Assembly: GCA_963826525.1 (NCBI GenBank)
Contig: CAWGXH010000003.1
Location: 12,570-44,569, forward strand
Reading direction: 5' to 3'
Length of the DNA: 32,000 nucleotides
Source of the DNA: an uncultured Methanomicrobiaceae archaeon
GTDB taxonomy: Archaea > Halobacteriota > Methanomicrobia > Methanomicrobiales > Methanoculleaceae
The translations under genes and the position numbers were made by a program. Below the pieces are notes generated by a model, which saw only the letters and a list, made by a program, of their open reading frames with translations, searched no databases and was not told where the DNA came from. Position 1 is the stretch's first letter; each line of letters opens with the position of its first letter. Below, piece by piece: positions 1 through 9,836 of the stretch.

Positions 1-1
1 C

Positions 2-73
2 GAGAACGGCGGCGTCGTCGGGGTGATCCTGCTCACCGATATCTTCGGTAGGGAATGCGGAACCACTGCATAG
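2..73 (+). CDS. 3' end of a gene entering from the left edge (partial); CBS-domain-like C-terminus
   Basis: Frame is open from the window edge to TAG at 71-73 and reads ENGGVVGVILLTDIFGRECGTTA*. The VVGVI..TDIF pattern resembles the end of a CBS motif. Only 23 codons are visible. Convergent with thrS. Confidence 0.3.
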   Translation, partial: ENGGVVGVILLTDIFGRECGTTA

Positions 74-109
74 AGCGGGTGCGGATCTCTGCCGCATTGC
101 GACGGAGCG

Positions 110-115
110 AAAAAA
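110..115 (-). terminator. oligo-T tract (T6 on minus strand) 6 nt after the thrS stop
   Basis: Plus strand reads GAAAAAAGGGG directly next to the thrS stop (122-124). Archaeal termination typically uses oligo-T runs. Confidence 0.4.
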
Positions 116-121
116 GGGGAA

Positions 122-1954
122 TTAGATGAACCGCGGTTTCTTCGAGAGCTTCCGCGGCGTATAGAGCGGGCGATAGGGCTTGCCGGCGGTATCCGCCCGG
201 ACGGCGGCGATGAGTTCGTCCTCCGTCATCTGCACCTTGCAGGGCTTCTTCGGTTCGGAGAGTTTCCGCACCGTCACGGTGAGCTGCCCGGTCTCGGCCT
301 CCTGGTCGCCGATGACCGCGACGAAGGGGACCCAGTCCACACCGGCCTCGCGGATCTTCTTGTTCACGCTCTCCTCGCGGTCGTCGAAGTCGGCACGGAC
401 CCCGGCGGCGTTCAGGCGTCCGGCGATCTCCTCGGCGAAGGGGTGGTGCCGCTCGGCGACCGGCACGATCCGCACCTCTGTCGGCGAGAGCCAGGTCGGA
501 AGTGAGGGCACTGCCTGAGCTCCGGTATTTTCGAGGAGTGCGCAGATGACCCGCTCGATGCTGCCCGTCGGCGAGCAGTGGAGGATCGGCGGGTAGACCT
601 CCTCGCCTTCGGGGGTGTAGTCCTTGATCCCGAACCGGCGGGAGCTCTCGACGTCGATCTGCACCGTCGGGTTCTCGATGGGTCTGCCCTGGGCGTCGAT
701 CGCGGCGAGGTCGACCTTTGCGATCCAGTAGTGGAACCGCTCGGAGATGACCTCGATCAGCATCGGAACGCCGGAGTCGGCGACGATCGACTTGATCCAG
801 GCCTCGTGGTCTGCGTAGAAGTCGCGGGTGCAGCGGAAGACGCCGACGAGCGGCGTCTCGAGGTCTCGCCCGGTCTGCCAGCCCATCCGGAGCTGCTCCT
901 CGAAGGCCTGCAGGGTGCCGGCCTCGTCGCGGCAGAGGGTGTGCATATCGGGCATCGTGAAGGCGCGAAGACGCTTGAGGCCGATGACCTCGCCCTTCTG
1001 CTCGTGGCGGAACGAGTAGGTGGAGAGCTCGTACATCTTCATCGGGAGCGTATTCGGTGAGATGTGCATGTCGTGCATGATCGAGAACATCCCGAAGCAC
1101 GCCGCGAACCGGAGCATCATATCGCGGTTGCCGCTCTTGAACCGGTACTGCCGCTCGCCGAACTTCCCGGCGTGCTCGTTGATCGCCGTATTGCCGAGGT
1201 CGTACATCACCGGCGTCTCGACCGGCATCCCGCCGTAGTCGAGGACGAGGCCGAGGACGTAGTCGGCGAGGAGGTCGCGGACGAGCTTGCCGCGGGGCAT
1301 CCAGCGGTGGTGGCCGACGTCGGAGAGCGCCTCGTAGTCGACGAGTTCCTTCGAGCGCATCAGGCCGACGTGGAGCGGCTCGCCGCCCTCAGCGCCGGGA
1401 AGGCCGATCTCCTTCTTGACGAGAGCGCCGAAGGCCGAGTCGTCGGCGTACTCGGTCGCATCCTTCCGCTCGCCGGTGGGGGTCAGCACGAAGAACTCGT
1501 GCTCGATCGCCTTCTTCGCCGCCGCTTCGGCAGCGCCGGGGACGATCGTCCGGGAGAGCTCGGAGAGCGGGTGGCCCTTGCAGGAGAGGGTGAACGCCTT
1601 GTACCAGCCGAAGGGCGCCCGCTTCACCGTCATCCCCTCGTCCGCGGCGAGTGCCTCCTCGATCCCCTTCAGGGCGGCGACCGCCGCTTCCGGAGACGCG
1701 AGGTCGCTCGAGAGGTGGGCGTAGGGGTAGATCATGATGTTCGTAACGCCGAGCTGGCCCGCGGTCGACCGGATCTCGGCGACCGCCTGCCGGACGGCGT
1801 CGTCCGCGTTCTCTTCGTCGACCGCCTCAACCGCGCAGAAGACGGTGAGCGCCTCGTCGAGCATATCCTTTACGACGGCTGCTTCTTCGGCGAGCTTCGT
1901 CTTCTTTCGTGCTTCGTATTCGATATGGTCTGAGTGTATCAGGAGAAGTCGCAT
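122..1954 (-). CDS. thrS: threonyl-tRNA synthetase, archaeal type with N-terminal editing domain
   Basis: Intact 610-aa ORF. N-terminus [18 protein letters not shown] is the archaeal ThrRS editing domain. Class II core follows ([19 protein letters not shown]), then a C-terminal anticodon-binding domain. Confidence 0.95.
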   Translation of the reverse strand: MRLLLIHSDHIEYEARKKTKLAEEAAVVKDMLDEALTVFCAVEAVDEENADDAVRQAVAEIRSTAGQLGVTNIMIYPYAHLSSDLASPEAAVAALKGIEEALAADEGMTVKRAPFGWYKAFTLSCKGHPLSELSRTIVPGAAEAAAKKAIEHEFFVLTPTGERKDATEYADDSAFGALVKKEIGLPGAEGGEPLHVGLMRSKELVDYEALSDVGHHRWMPRGKLVRDLLADYVLGLVLDYGGMPVETPVMYDLGNTAINEHAGKFGERQYRFKSGNRDMMLRFAACFGMFSIMHDMHISPNTLPMKMYELSTYSFRHEQKGEVIGLKRLRAFTMPDMHTLCRDEAGTLQAFEEQLRMGWQTGRDLETPLVGVFRCTRDFYADHEAWIKSIVADSGVPMLIEVISERFHYWIAKVDLAAIDAQGRPIENPTVQIDVESSRRFGIKDYTPEGEEVYPPILHCSPTGSIERVICALLENTGAQAVPSLPTWLSPTEVRIVPVAERHHPFAEEIAGRLNAAGVRADFDDREESVNKKIREAGVDWVPFVAVIGDQEAETGQLTVTVRKLSEPKKPCKVQMTEDELIAAVRADTAGKPYRPLYTPRKLSKKPRFI

Positions 1955-1995
1955 GTCATAACCCCGGGAACATTCGTTAGCTATCTGTTTTTCAT

Positions 1996-2007
1996 CTCTA
2001 TATAGAG
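1996..2007 (-). promoter_or_regulatory. TATA-box candidate for thrS
   Basis: CTCTATATAGAG lies about 45-50 nt upstream of the thrS ATG (1954), in an AT-richer gap. Confidence 0.45.
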
Positions 2008-2028
2008 TGCGGCGTGGTGCGTATCCGG

Positions 2029-2034
2029 AAAAAA
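2029..2034 (-). terminator. oligo-T tract (T6 on minus strand) 15 nt after the dcd stop
   Basis: Plus strand reads GGAAAAAACGGG; the dcd stop is at 2050-2052. Confidence 0.4.
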
Positions 2035-2049
2035 CGGGCGCGACCGGAA

Positions 2050-2608
2050 TCAGGCGCCGCGCCGGTTCTCGTGGTAGCGGGAGAGCGTCGCCTGCCGCTG
2101 GTCCATGTATTTTGCATCCCCTTTGAGATTATACGGGCGCTCGGCGCGCTCGGTTGCGTAGAAGACCAGCTGGCCGATCGGCATCCCGGCGTATATCTTG
2201 ACCGGCCGGGAGTTGACGTTGCACATCTCGAGCGTGATCGTCCCGCGGAACCCCGCGTCGATCCACCCTCCCGTCTGGTGGAGCTCGATCCCGAGGCGGG
2301 CGATGCTGCTCTTGCCCTCGATACTCGCGACGACCTTGTCGGGGAGCTCGATCCGCTTCGTAGGTCTCGGCGAGGACGAACCGGCCGGGTTCGAGGACGA
2401 TCGCGTCCGTCGTCGTCTCCTCGATCCCCGCACAGACACTCTCTTTCTGGTAGGGGTCGATCACCTCGTCGCCCGGGACGTACCAGACAAAGTGGTTCCC
2501 GAGCCGGATATCGAGGGAGTTCGGCTGTATCAGGGACGGGTCGAAGGGATCGACCCGGATGAACCCTCGTTTGATGTGGTCCTCAATCTGCCAGTCAACA
2601 AGAATCAT
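2050..2608 (-). pseudogene. dcd: dCTP deaminase (dcd/DCD-DUT family), interrupted by a +1 frame change near 2351-2362
   Basis: The N-terminal part [37 protein letters not shown]...[10 protein letters not shown] lies in the frame of ORF 2129..2608. The C-terminal part [46 protein letters not shown]...YHENRRGA lies in the frame of ORF 2050..2439. Removing one base joins them seamlessly. Confidence 0.85.
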
Positions 2609-3341
2609 TGATAGTAGTATCTCCCGGAACTCCGTTTATGGTTTCGTCTTTGTTCTCCATGTGCCACTCAGCCCGCCGCATCAGGCCGTGGAACGTGCTC
2701 GCCTCCCGGGCGGTGAGCTTCGCCCGCCCGAGAACGCGCTGCATCAGGGTCATCGTCGTATCCCGCTTGCAGTCGGGGTGGTCGATCCGGCCGAGGAAAG
2801 TGTCGATGTGGGCATAGAGCGCCTCCATCTCCGTAGGGGATGCCAGGCGGTAGGTCCCCCGGGGGAGGTTTGCGAGCTCGTAGCAGAGGATCCCGACGGC
2901 GTGGGAGAGGTTCAGGATCGGGTAAGTCGGGCTCGTCGGGATGGTGCAGATGAGATTGCTCCGCCGGAGCTCTCGGTTGTTCAGGCCCCAGTTCTCCCGG
3001 CCGAAGAGGATGGCGACGGTCCCGTCGATATCGGCGACGATATCGCGCACCTCGGCGGGCTCGTAGTAGGGCATCCGGGTCGGGGTGCAGATCGACTTGC
3101 TCACCTCGCCGGTGGTGGCCACCACGAAGTCGTGCTCCCGGTAGACGTCCTCGAGGCTGCAGCGCCGGGCGTTCTCGAGGACGTCGCGGGCATGGGATGA
3201 GTGGGCGAGGGCCTCGCCGCCGAGCGGGCAGGGGTCGACGAGCACCAGCCGGGTAAACCCGAAGTTCTTCATCACGCGGGCGGTAAACCCGACGTTCCCC
3301 TCGTAGAGGGGTTCGACGAGGACGAATGCAATCTCCGGCAT
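2595..3341 (-). CDS. SpoU/TrmH-family RNA 2'-O-methyltransferase (TrmJ-like)
   Basis: ORF 2595..3518 trimmed to the internal ATG at 3341 ([28 protein letters not shown]...). The upstream extension is Arg/Ser/Pro-rich junk. SPOUT-type motifs are present ([18 protein letters not shown]). It overlaps the dcd start by 14 nt. Confidence 0.8.
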   Translation of the reverse strand: MPEIAFVLVEPLYEGNVGFTARVMKNFGFTRLVLVDPCPLGGEALAHSSHARDVLENARRCSLEDVYREHDFVVATTGEVSKSICTPTRMPYYEPAEVRDIVADIDGTVAILFGRENWGLNNRELRRSNLICTIPTSPTYPILNLSHAVGILCYELANLPRGTYRLASPTEMEALYAHIDTFLGRIDHPDCKRDTTMTLMQRVLGRAKLTAREASTFHGLMRRAEWHMENKDETINGVPGDTTINDSC

Positions 3342-3348
3342 GGGGATC

Positions 3349-4038
3349 TTACTGCACTGCCCTGACGGTCGCCCGCAGCACGTCGGTGCCGTTATCGTAG
3401 ACCGCGTTCCCGACGACGATCGTATCCGCGTACCTGCCCATCTCCGCGGCGCGCTCGGCGGAGTTGATCCCGCCGCCGTAGTAGAGGACGGCGTTCTCGA
3501 CCGCTTCGGCCGCGGCACGCACGATTGCAGGGTCGCCGTAGGTGCCGGAGTACTCGATGTAGACGACCGGGAAGCGGAAGTAGCGGTCGGCGACGCTCGC
3601 GTAGGCGGCGACGTCGGCCGGACCGATCCCGCAGTGCGCCCCCGTCACCCGGCCGACGGCCGACGCGGGGTTCAGGACGATGTAGGCCTCGGGCACGACC
3701 TTCTCCCAGAGAATATCGGTGCTTCTCCGCAGCCACGCCTGGTGCTTCCCGACGATCCAGCGGGCATCGTCGGTGTTCATCACGCTCGGGACGAAGAGGA
3801 GGTCGATCCCGTCGAAGATCACGCACTCGGGGCCTGCCGGCTCCACTACCAGGGGCAGACCGTGTGCGGCGACCATATCGAGGAGACCCCGCAGGTTCTC
3901 GGGCGTTACGTTCAGGGTGCCGGAGAGCATCAGAGCGTCCGTCCCGCTCGTTACCACATCCTCCACCGCTTTCGGGGAGATCGTCTTGTCGGGGTCGAGC
4001 TTGGTTACATGGACCCATTCTTTCCAGTTCTGCTGCAT
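3349..4038 (-). CDS. geranylgeranylglyceryl phosphate synthase (GGGPS/PcrB family)
   Basis: MQQNWKEWVHVTKLDPDK...YSGTYGDP...YYGGGINS...VVGNAVY is typical of archaeal GGGPS. The ORF track starts at GTG 4047; ATG at 4038 is the more likely start. Confidence 0.9.
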   Translation of the reverse strand: MQQNWKEWVHVTKLDPDKTISPKAVEDVVTSGTDALMLSGTLNVTPENLRGLLDMVAAHGLPLVVEPAGPECVIFDGIDLLFVPSVMNTDDARWIVGKHQAWLRRSTDILWEKVVPEAYIVLNPASAVGRVTGAHCGIGPADVAAYASVADRYFRFPVVYIEYSGTYGDPAIVRAAAEAVENAVLYYGGGINSAERAAEMGRYADTIVVGNAVYDNGTDVLRATVRAVQ

Positions 4039-4043
4039 GGAGG

Positions 4044-6840
4044 TCACGTCACGTTGGCGATAAGGGTGCGTATCGTGGCCGCCGGGATACCGGTGATGGC
4101 CGCGGTCTGGTCGGGGTCGGTCGCGCGAAGCGTCGCTTTATCGTAGATACCGGCGAGCAGGAGCTTCTCGAGCGTTGTGGCGCCGATACCGGGGGCGGCG
4201 AGCAGTTCCTCCCGGCCGCGTTCGTAGTTCCCCTTCGTGATCTTCGCCGGGACCGGGCGGTCGAGGTGCTCGCAGACCTTCTCCACATGTTTATATACGG
4301 TCTCCGGATTCAGGCCGGTTCTGTTCGCGAGGTAGGGGATCGGGAGGAGGCAGAATGCGTCGGGGCTCGTGATCCCCGCCTCCCGGTACTTCTTCAGGGA
4401 GACCGCGGGAACGCCGGCCTCTTTGAGCGTCCGCTCGTGGCAGATCTCGCGGGCGCTGCCGAGGAGCTCCTCGGCCTCCGCCTCGCTGATCCCCGCCTTC
4501 TTGAGCGTCGACGCGCGTGCCCCGGCGAGCGAGCGGATATCCCCTATCCCCTCGTCGAGGAGCTTTGCGAAGATCTTGGCGTGGCTCCGGCCGCGGCGGG
4601 GCGGCACGATCTTCCGGAGGAACTTCCGGAGCTCGGAGCGCCGGCGAAGGACGTTTAAGACCTCCCCGGCCTCGGCGATCAGCGTCGCCGCCGCATCCTC
4701 GGTGACGCCGGCGATCCCGGCGAGATTCTCCGGTTTCATCCCCGCGATATCGTAGACCGCGTAGACGTGCCGGGCGCGGAGGCGCTCTCTGATCGTGTCG
4801 GTCATCCCCGGCATCATGGCGAGCGCCTCGACGTTCGACTTGATGTGGCTGCAGAGCGGGCAGCCGATGTTCCAGGGCGGCGCTCCCTTCCGGATGAGGC
4901 GGACGTGGGCGAGGTTGTGCTCGGCGCAGACCTCGTCGACCCGGATCGCCCGCCCCCACATCGAACCCGGAAGGCTGATGTTGAACCGGCAGTCCGGGTA
5001 TCCCGTGCAGCCGATGAACTGGGACGCGCCGGTATGGCGGATCCGCAGGTCCTCGCCGCAGACCGGGCAGGGGCCGAGGGTATGCTCTTCGGCCGTCTGC
5101 TCCATGATCTCGCCGCCGATCTCCTGCTCGTGCGCCTCGAGTTCGTCGAAGACCCGGTGGAGCATCTCGCGGGACTCGGTGACCACGTCCTCCCGTGTCC
5201 GCTGCTGCTCCTTGATGAGCTGCATATGCTCCTCGAGCGTCCTCGTCATCTCGGGTTCGGTGATGGTGTCGGCATGGTTGTCGAGGGCGTCGGTGACCGC
5301 ACGGCCGACGAGCGTCGGGCGGAGGGGGTTGCCCTGCACGTAGCGGCGGGAGACGAGTTTTCCGATAACCTCGTGCCGGGTGCTCTTCGTCCCGAGACCG
5401 AGTTCCTCCATCACCTGGATCAGCTTGCTCTGCGAGTAGCGGGGCGGCGGCTGGGTCTGCTTCTCCTCGAGCAGGACGTCCCGGATCGGGAGCCGCTCCC
5501 CGATTGTGAAGGTCGGCAGGATATTCTCCTTGGCCTCGCTGTAGGGGTAGACCCGGCGCCACCCGGGGTCGATCAGCCGCCCGCCCGTCGCGGCGTAGGG
5601 CTCGCCGCCGGCGTCGAAGGTGCACTTGATCGTCGCCCACGTCGCGTCGGGCGAGAGCGTCGCGAGGAACCGGCGGACGACGAGCTCGGTAGATCTTCCA
5701 GCGGTCGCCCGCCAGCGCCTGCCTGCTCGCCGCTCCGGCGGGGTGGATCGGCGGGTGGTCGGTCGTCTCCTTCTTGCCGCGGGTCGGTACCGGCCGGCGG
5801 TTCTTCTCGACCCAGGCGGCGTCGGCATCGAAGTCCGTTCCGCGGAGCGTCTGGAGGATGCCGTTCAAGTTCAGCGACTTCGGGTAGACCGTATTGTCGG
5901 TTCTCGGGTAGGAGATGTACCCGTTCATGTAGAGGTCTTCGGCGATCCGCATCGCGTTCGCCGCCGAGAACCCGAGCCGGCTCGCGGCGACGATGAACGA
6001 GGTGGTATCGAGCGGGGTCGGCGCCCGGTCGGTCTTCTGCCCCTCCTTGATGGCGGTGACCGTCAGGGGCTCGCGGGTCCGTGCCTCGGCGGCGAGCGCC
6101 TCGGCGTGGTCGTCGAACTTCCCGTGGGTGTGGCGTGCCTCGACGGCTGTAGCGTCTTTCTCGGTCGCGAGGGAGAGCATCCAGTAGGTCTCGGGAACGA
6201 AGGACTCGATCTCTTTCTCCCGCTCGACGATCATCGCGAGCGTCGGGCTCTGCACCCGGCCGACGGAGAGGATATTGGCGCCGCCCCTTCTCGCGGCGAT
6301 ACTGATGAACCGGGTGAGCGAGGCTCCCCACATCAGGTCGATCGCCTGGCGTGCCTCGCCGGCCGCGGCGAGCGCGAAGTCGATCTCGGTGAGGTTCGCA
6401 AAAGCCTGCCGTATCTCCTGCGGGGTGATCGCCGAGAAGCGGGCGCGGTTGACCGGGACGTCCTTGTTCACGGCACGGACGAGCTCGTAGGCCTCTTTCC
6501 CGATGAGCTCTCCCTCGGTATCGTAATCGGTCGCGATCGTCACGAGATCCGCTTTCTTGGCGAGTTTCTGGATGAGGCCGACGATCTTCTTCTCGGTCGG
6601 TTTCTTCACCGTCCCGGCGTCGATCAGGCTCCGGGGCGTGTGGACGGTGCTCCGCCAGTTCGTATAGCCGGGTTCGAAGTCCACCTCGACCACGTGGCCT
6701 TTCAGCCCGACGACGGTCTTGGTATCGAAACTGTAGGTGGAGACGCTCCCGTCCTTGTTCGTCCGCACCTTCTCGTCGCCCGCAAGGATGCCGGCGATAC
6801 GGTTTGCCGATATATTCTTCTCTGCGATGATCAGATGCAC
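4044..6840 (-). pseudogene. topA: DNA topoisomerase I (type IA, archaeal long form with Zn ribbons and HhH repeats), interrupted by a +1 frame change at about 5688
   Basis: TOPRIM N-terminus MHLIIAEKNISA...DYDTEGE and active-site GYISYPRTDN lie in the frame of ORF 4291..6840, up to ...GDRWKIY. The continuation ELVVRRFLATLSPDA...CPVCGEDL...CTGYPDC...CPLC plus HhH repeats lies in the frame of ORF 4044..5828. Confidence 0.9.
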
Positions 6841-6843
6841 TGC

Positions 6844-8268
6844 TCACACCCCGGTCGTATCGATGCACCCGGCCACGATCCGGCCGAGCTCCCGCGGGTC
6901 GGCGCGCCCCCGCGTCTCTTTCATCACCTGGCCGACGAGGAAGTTGAGCGCGCCCTTCTTCCCGGTGCGGTAGTCGTCGACCGCCTGCGGGTGTGCCTCG
7001 ATAACCGAGCGCACGATCGCGTCGAACTCCCCGCCGGTCGCCTTCGCGAGCCCTTCGCGCGCGACGATGACGGCGGGCTGCTCGCACGCCTCTCCGGCGG
7101 CGCAGGTATCGAGCATCCGGCGGAGCACCTCGACGCCTGCCTTGTCGGTGATGGTATCCTCTTTCAGGAGCGTGAGGAGCTCGGCGAAGTGGCCGGGCGG
7201 CACCGCCGCGACGCTCATACTCCGGTAGTTGAGCTCGCCGAGGAGCGTGTCCGCGACCCAGGTGGCGGCGAGCACCGGATCGACGAAGGCGATCCGCTCG
7301 TAGAACTCGGCGATCCGGAGGTCGCCGGTGAGCGTCCGGGCGTGATTCAAGGAGATCCCGTACTGCTTCACGAACCGGTTCTTCCGGGCGACGGGGAGCT
7401 CGGGGAGGACGATCTCATCCACCCATTCCGAAACGGCGAGCGGCCGAAGATCGGGCTCCGGGAAGTAGCGGTAGTCGTGCTCCTCCTCTTTGCTCCGGGC
7501 TGCGGTCGTGACGCCCCGCCCTTCCTGGAAGTGCCGGGTCTCCCGGACGGTGACCGGCTGGCCGCGGCGGACGAGGTTCCGCTGCCTCGTGACCTCGAAG
7601 GTGAGCGCTTTCTCGACGCCCTTGTAGGAGGAGATGTTCTTGACCTCGACCCGCTCGTAGCCCTCGATCGAGATGTTCGCATCGACACGGAGCGAGCCTT
7701 CCTTATCGCCGTCGAAGACGCCGAGGTACTCGAGCGTCGAGCGGAGACGGTTTAAGAACCGGCGTGCCTCCTGCGGCGAGCGGAGGTCCGGCTCGGTCAC
7801 GATCTCGAGGAGCGGGATGCCGCTTCGGTTGTAGTCGACGAGCGAGTAGCGGACGCGGTCGCCGCCGCCCTTGTGGACGAGACGGCCCGGGTCCTCCTCG
7901 AGGTGCGCCCGCGTGATCCGCACGGTCTTTTCGTGGCCTTCGTCGTCCTCGATCTCGAGGGTTCCCCAGACGGCGAGGGGCTTGTCGTACTGGGTTATCT
8001 GGAAGGCCTTCGGGAGATCCGGGTAGAAGTAGTTCTTCCGGGCGAACTCGGACTCTTCGGGAACCTCCATATCGAGCGCCTTTGCCACCCGGAGGCCGTA
8101 CTCCACCGCTTTACGGTTCACGCGGGGCAGCGAGCCCGGCAGGCCGAGGCAGATCGGGCAGCAGTGGGTGTTCGGCGGGTCGTCCCGGTAGTCGGTGGAG
8201 CAGCTGCAGAAGAGCTTCGTCGCGGTATTGAGCTGGACGTGGATCTCAAGGCCGATGATAACCTTCAT
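6844..8268 (-). CDS. gatB: Asp/Glu-tRNA amidotransferase subunit B
   Basis: ORF 6844..8685 trimmed to ATG 8268 ([24 protein letters not shown]...). Full-length GatB homology with a C-terminal YqeY-like tail. ATGA-type 4-nt overlap with gatA. Confidence 0.95.
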   Translation of the reverse strand: MKVIIGLEIHVQLNTATKLFCSCSTDYRDDPPNTHCCPICLGLPGSLPRVNRKAVEYGLRVAKALDMEVPEESEFARKNYFYPDLPKAFQITQYDKPLAVWGTLEIEDDEGHEKTVRITRAHLEEDPGRLVHKGGGDRVRYSLVDYNRSGIPLLEIVTEPDLRSPQEARRFLNRLRSTLEYLGVFDGDKEGSLRVDANISIEGYERVEVKNISSYKGVEKALTFEVTRQRNLVRRGQPVTVRETRHFQEGRGVTTAARSKEEEHDYRYFPEPDLRPLAVSEWVDEIVLPELPVARKNRFVKQYGISLNHARTLTGDLRIAEFYERIAFVDPVLAATWVADTLLGELNYRSMSVAAVPPGHFAELLTLLKEDTITDKAGVEVLRRMLDTCAAGEACEQPAVIVAREGLAKATGGEFDAIVRSVIEAHPQAVDDYRTGKKGALNFLVGQVMKETRGRADPRELGRIVAGCIDTTGV

Positions 8269-9566
8269 GACCGTCCCCCCTGCTCGTAGGCATAGGCGAC
8301 ATCGACGACGCGCTCGTCCTCGAACTGCCGTCCGATCAGCTGCAGCCCGACGGGAAGGCCGTCCACCGTTCCGCAGGGAACGGAGATTGCCGGGACGCCG
8401 GCGAGGTTTGCCGGGACGGTCAGGATATCGGAGAGGTACATCGAGAGCGGGTCGCTCTTCTCGCCGAGCCGGAACGCCACGGTCGGCATCGTCGGGCCGG
8501 CGATGATATCCACCTCGGCGAGCACCCGCTCGAAGTCCTTCCGGACGTTCCGGCGGGCTATCTGGGCTTTGCCGTAGTACTTGCCGTAGTAGCCGGCGGA
8601 GAGGGCGAAGGTGCCGAGCATGATCCGGCGGCGGACCTCGCTGCCGAAATGCTTCCCGCGCACCTCCTGGTAGGCCTCGTGCCACTGCTTCTGCGTCGGC
8701 GCCGGCGGGCCGTAGCGGACGCCGTCGAAGCGGGCGAGGTTCGAGCTCGCCTCGCTCGTGCAGATGACGTAGTAGGCGGCAAGCGCGTAGGACATGCTCG
8801 GGATGGTGCAGGGCACCGTCTCGGCACCGAGGTCTTCGAGACGGCCGATTGCGCTCCGGACGGTCTCTGCGACCCGGGGGTCGACGCCTTCGCCGAAGTA
8901 CTCGGCCGGCAGGCCGATCTTCAGGCCGGCGATATCGGCGGAGGGTGTGTGGGCGTAGGGGCGGTCGACCATCGTCGAGTCACGCCGGTCGTACCCGGAG
9001 ATCACCTCCATGAGGAGGGAGACCTCTTCGACGCTCCGTGCCATCGGGCCGATCTGCTCGAGGGAGTTTGCGTAGGCGACGAGACCGTACCGCGAAACCC
9101 GGCCGTAGGTGGGTTTGAGGCCGACGATCCCGCAGAAGGCGGCAGGGCAGCGGATCGATCCGCCGGTATCGGTGCCGAGCGCCATCGGGACGAGCCCGGC
9201 GGCGACCGCCGCGGCGCTTCCTCCGGACGAGCCGCCGGGGACGCGGGTCAGGTCGACGGGGTTTAACGTGGGCCCATACCCGCTCGTCTCGGTCGTGGTG
9301 CCCATCCCGAACTCGTCCATATTGGTCTTGCCGACGATCGCGGCGCCCTCGCCCCGGAGGAGCGAGACGACGTGCGCATCGAAGGGCGGCACGTATCCGG
9401 CGAGGATCCGGGAGCCGCAGGTCGTCCGGATACCGCAGGTGGAGATATTGTCCTTGACGGCGACGGGGGTGCCGGCGAGCCGCCCGTCGGTATAGGAAGC
9501 GCTTGTGCAGGTGGTGATGAAGGCGTTATAGCGGTCCGCGGGCTCGAAGGTGAGGGTTCCCGCCAT
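8265..9566 (-). CDS. gatA: Asp/Glu-tRNA amidotransferase subunit A (amidase signature family)
   Basis: 433 aa with the amidase signature [11 protein letters not shown]...[14 protein letters not shown]. The start directly abuts the gatC stop. Confidence 0.95.
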   Translation of the reverse strand: MAGTLTFEPADRYNAFITTCTSASYTDGRLAGTPVAVKDNISTCGIRTTCGSRILAGYVPPFDAHVVSLLRGEGAAIVGKTNMDEFGMGTTTETSGYGPTLNPVDLTRVPGGSSGGSAAAVAAGLVPMALGTDTGGSIRCPAAFCGIVGLKPTYGRVSRYGLVAYANSLEQIGPMARSVEEVSLLMEVISGYDRRDSTMVDRPYAHTPSADIAGLKIGLPAEYFGEGVDPRVAETVRSAIGRLEDLGAETVPCTIPSMSYALAAYYVICTSEASSNLARFDGVRYGPPAPTQKQWHEAYQEVRGKHFGSEVRRRIMLGTFALSAGYYGKYYGKAQIARRNVRKDFERVLAEVDIIAGPTMPTVAFRLGEKSDPLSMYLSDILTVPANLAGVPAISVPCGTVDGLPVGLQLIGRQFEDERVVDVAYAYEQGGRS

Positions 9567-9836
9567 TCACATCACCCGCGGCGCTTTGACAAATCCGTCT
9601 TCCGTCGACCCGGCGTTCGCGAGGACATCCTCCTGGGAGAGGCAGCAGCCGACCTCGTCGTCCCGCCAGACGTTGACGAGCTCCGCCGCCACCGTCTCGT
9701 TGCCGGGAACCTGGTCGAGGGTGTCGAAGTACTCCAGGATAGCGTTGAACTCACGGGTGAACCCGGCAACCTCCTCACGGGAGAGGCCGATATCCGCAAG
9801 TCGTGCAATATTCTCAATCTCAATCTCCGATACCAT
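9567..9836 (-). CDS. gatC: Asp/Glu-tRNA amidotransferase subunit C
   Basis: 89 aa, MVSEIEIENIARLADIGLSREEV...VKAPRVM. Size, sequence and position upstream of gatA/gatB all fit GatC. Confidence 0.9.
   Translation of the reverse strand: MVSEIEIENIARLADIGLSREEVAGFTREFNAILEYFDTLDQVPGNETVAAELVNVWRDDEVGCCLSQEDVLANAGSTEDGFVKAPRVM

Noticed and set aside
33-1100. 355-aa minus-strand ORF overlapping thrS out of frame. The 5573..7087, 9893..10729 and 16502..17110 ORFs are similar.
   Set aside because: These are alternative frames of confidently assigned genes with low-complexity Arg/Pro-rich products.
6670-6683. GGGTTCGAAGTCC, a tRNA T-arm-like string.
   Set aside because: It lies inside the topA coding frame, with no matching acceptor, D or anticodon arms around it.
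5620-7755. 711-aa plus-strand ORF, the longest of several long ORFs antisense to real genes. Others are 19486..21453, 17122..18678, 15646..17070, 4767..5996 and 3525..4658.
   Set aside because: These are shadow ORFs typical of GC-rich DNA. Their translations are Arg/Gly/Pro/Asp-rich with no recognisable motifs, and each lies exactly opposite a gene with strong family-level homology.
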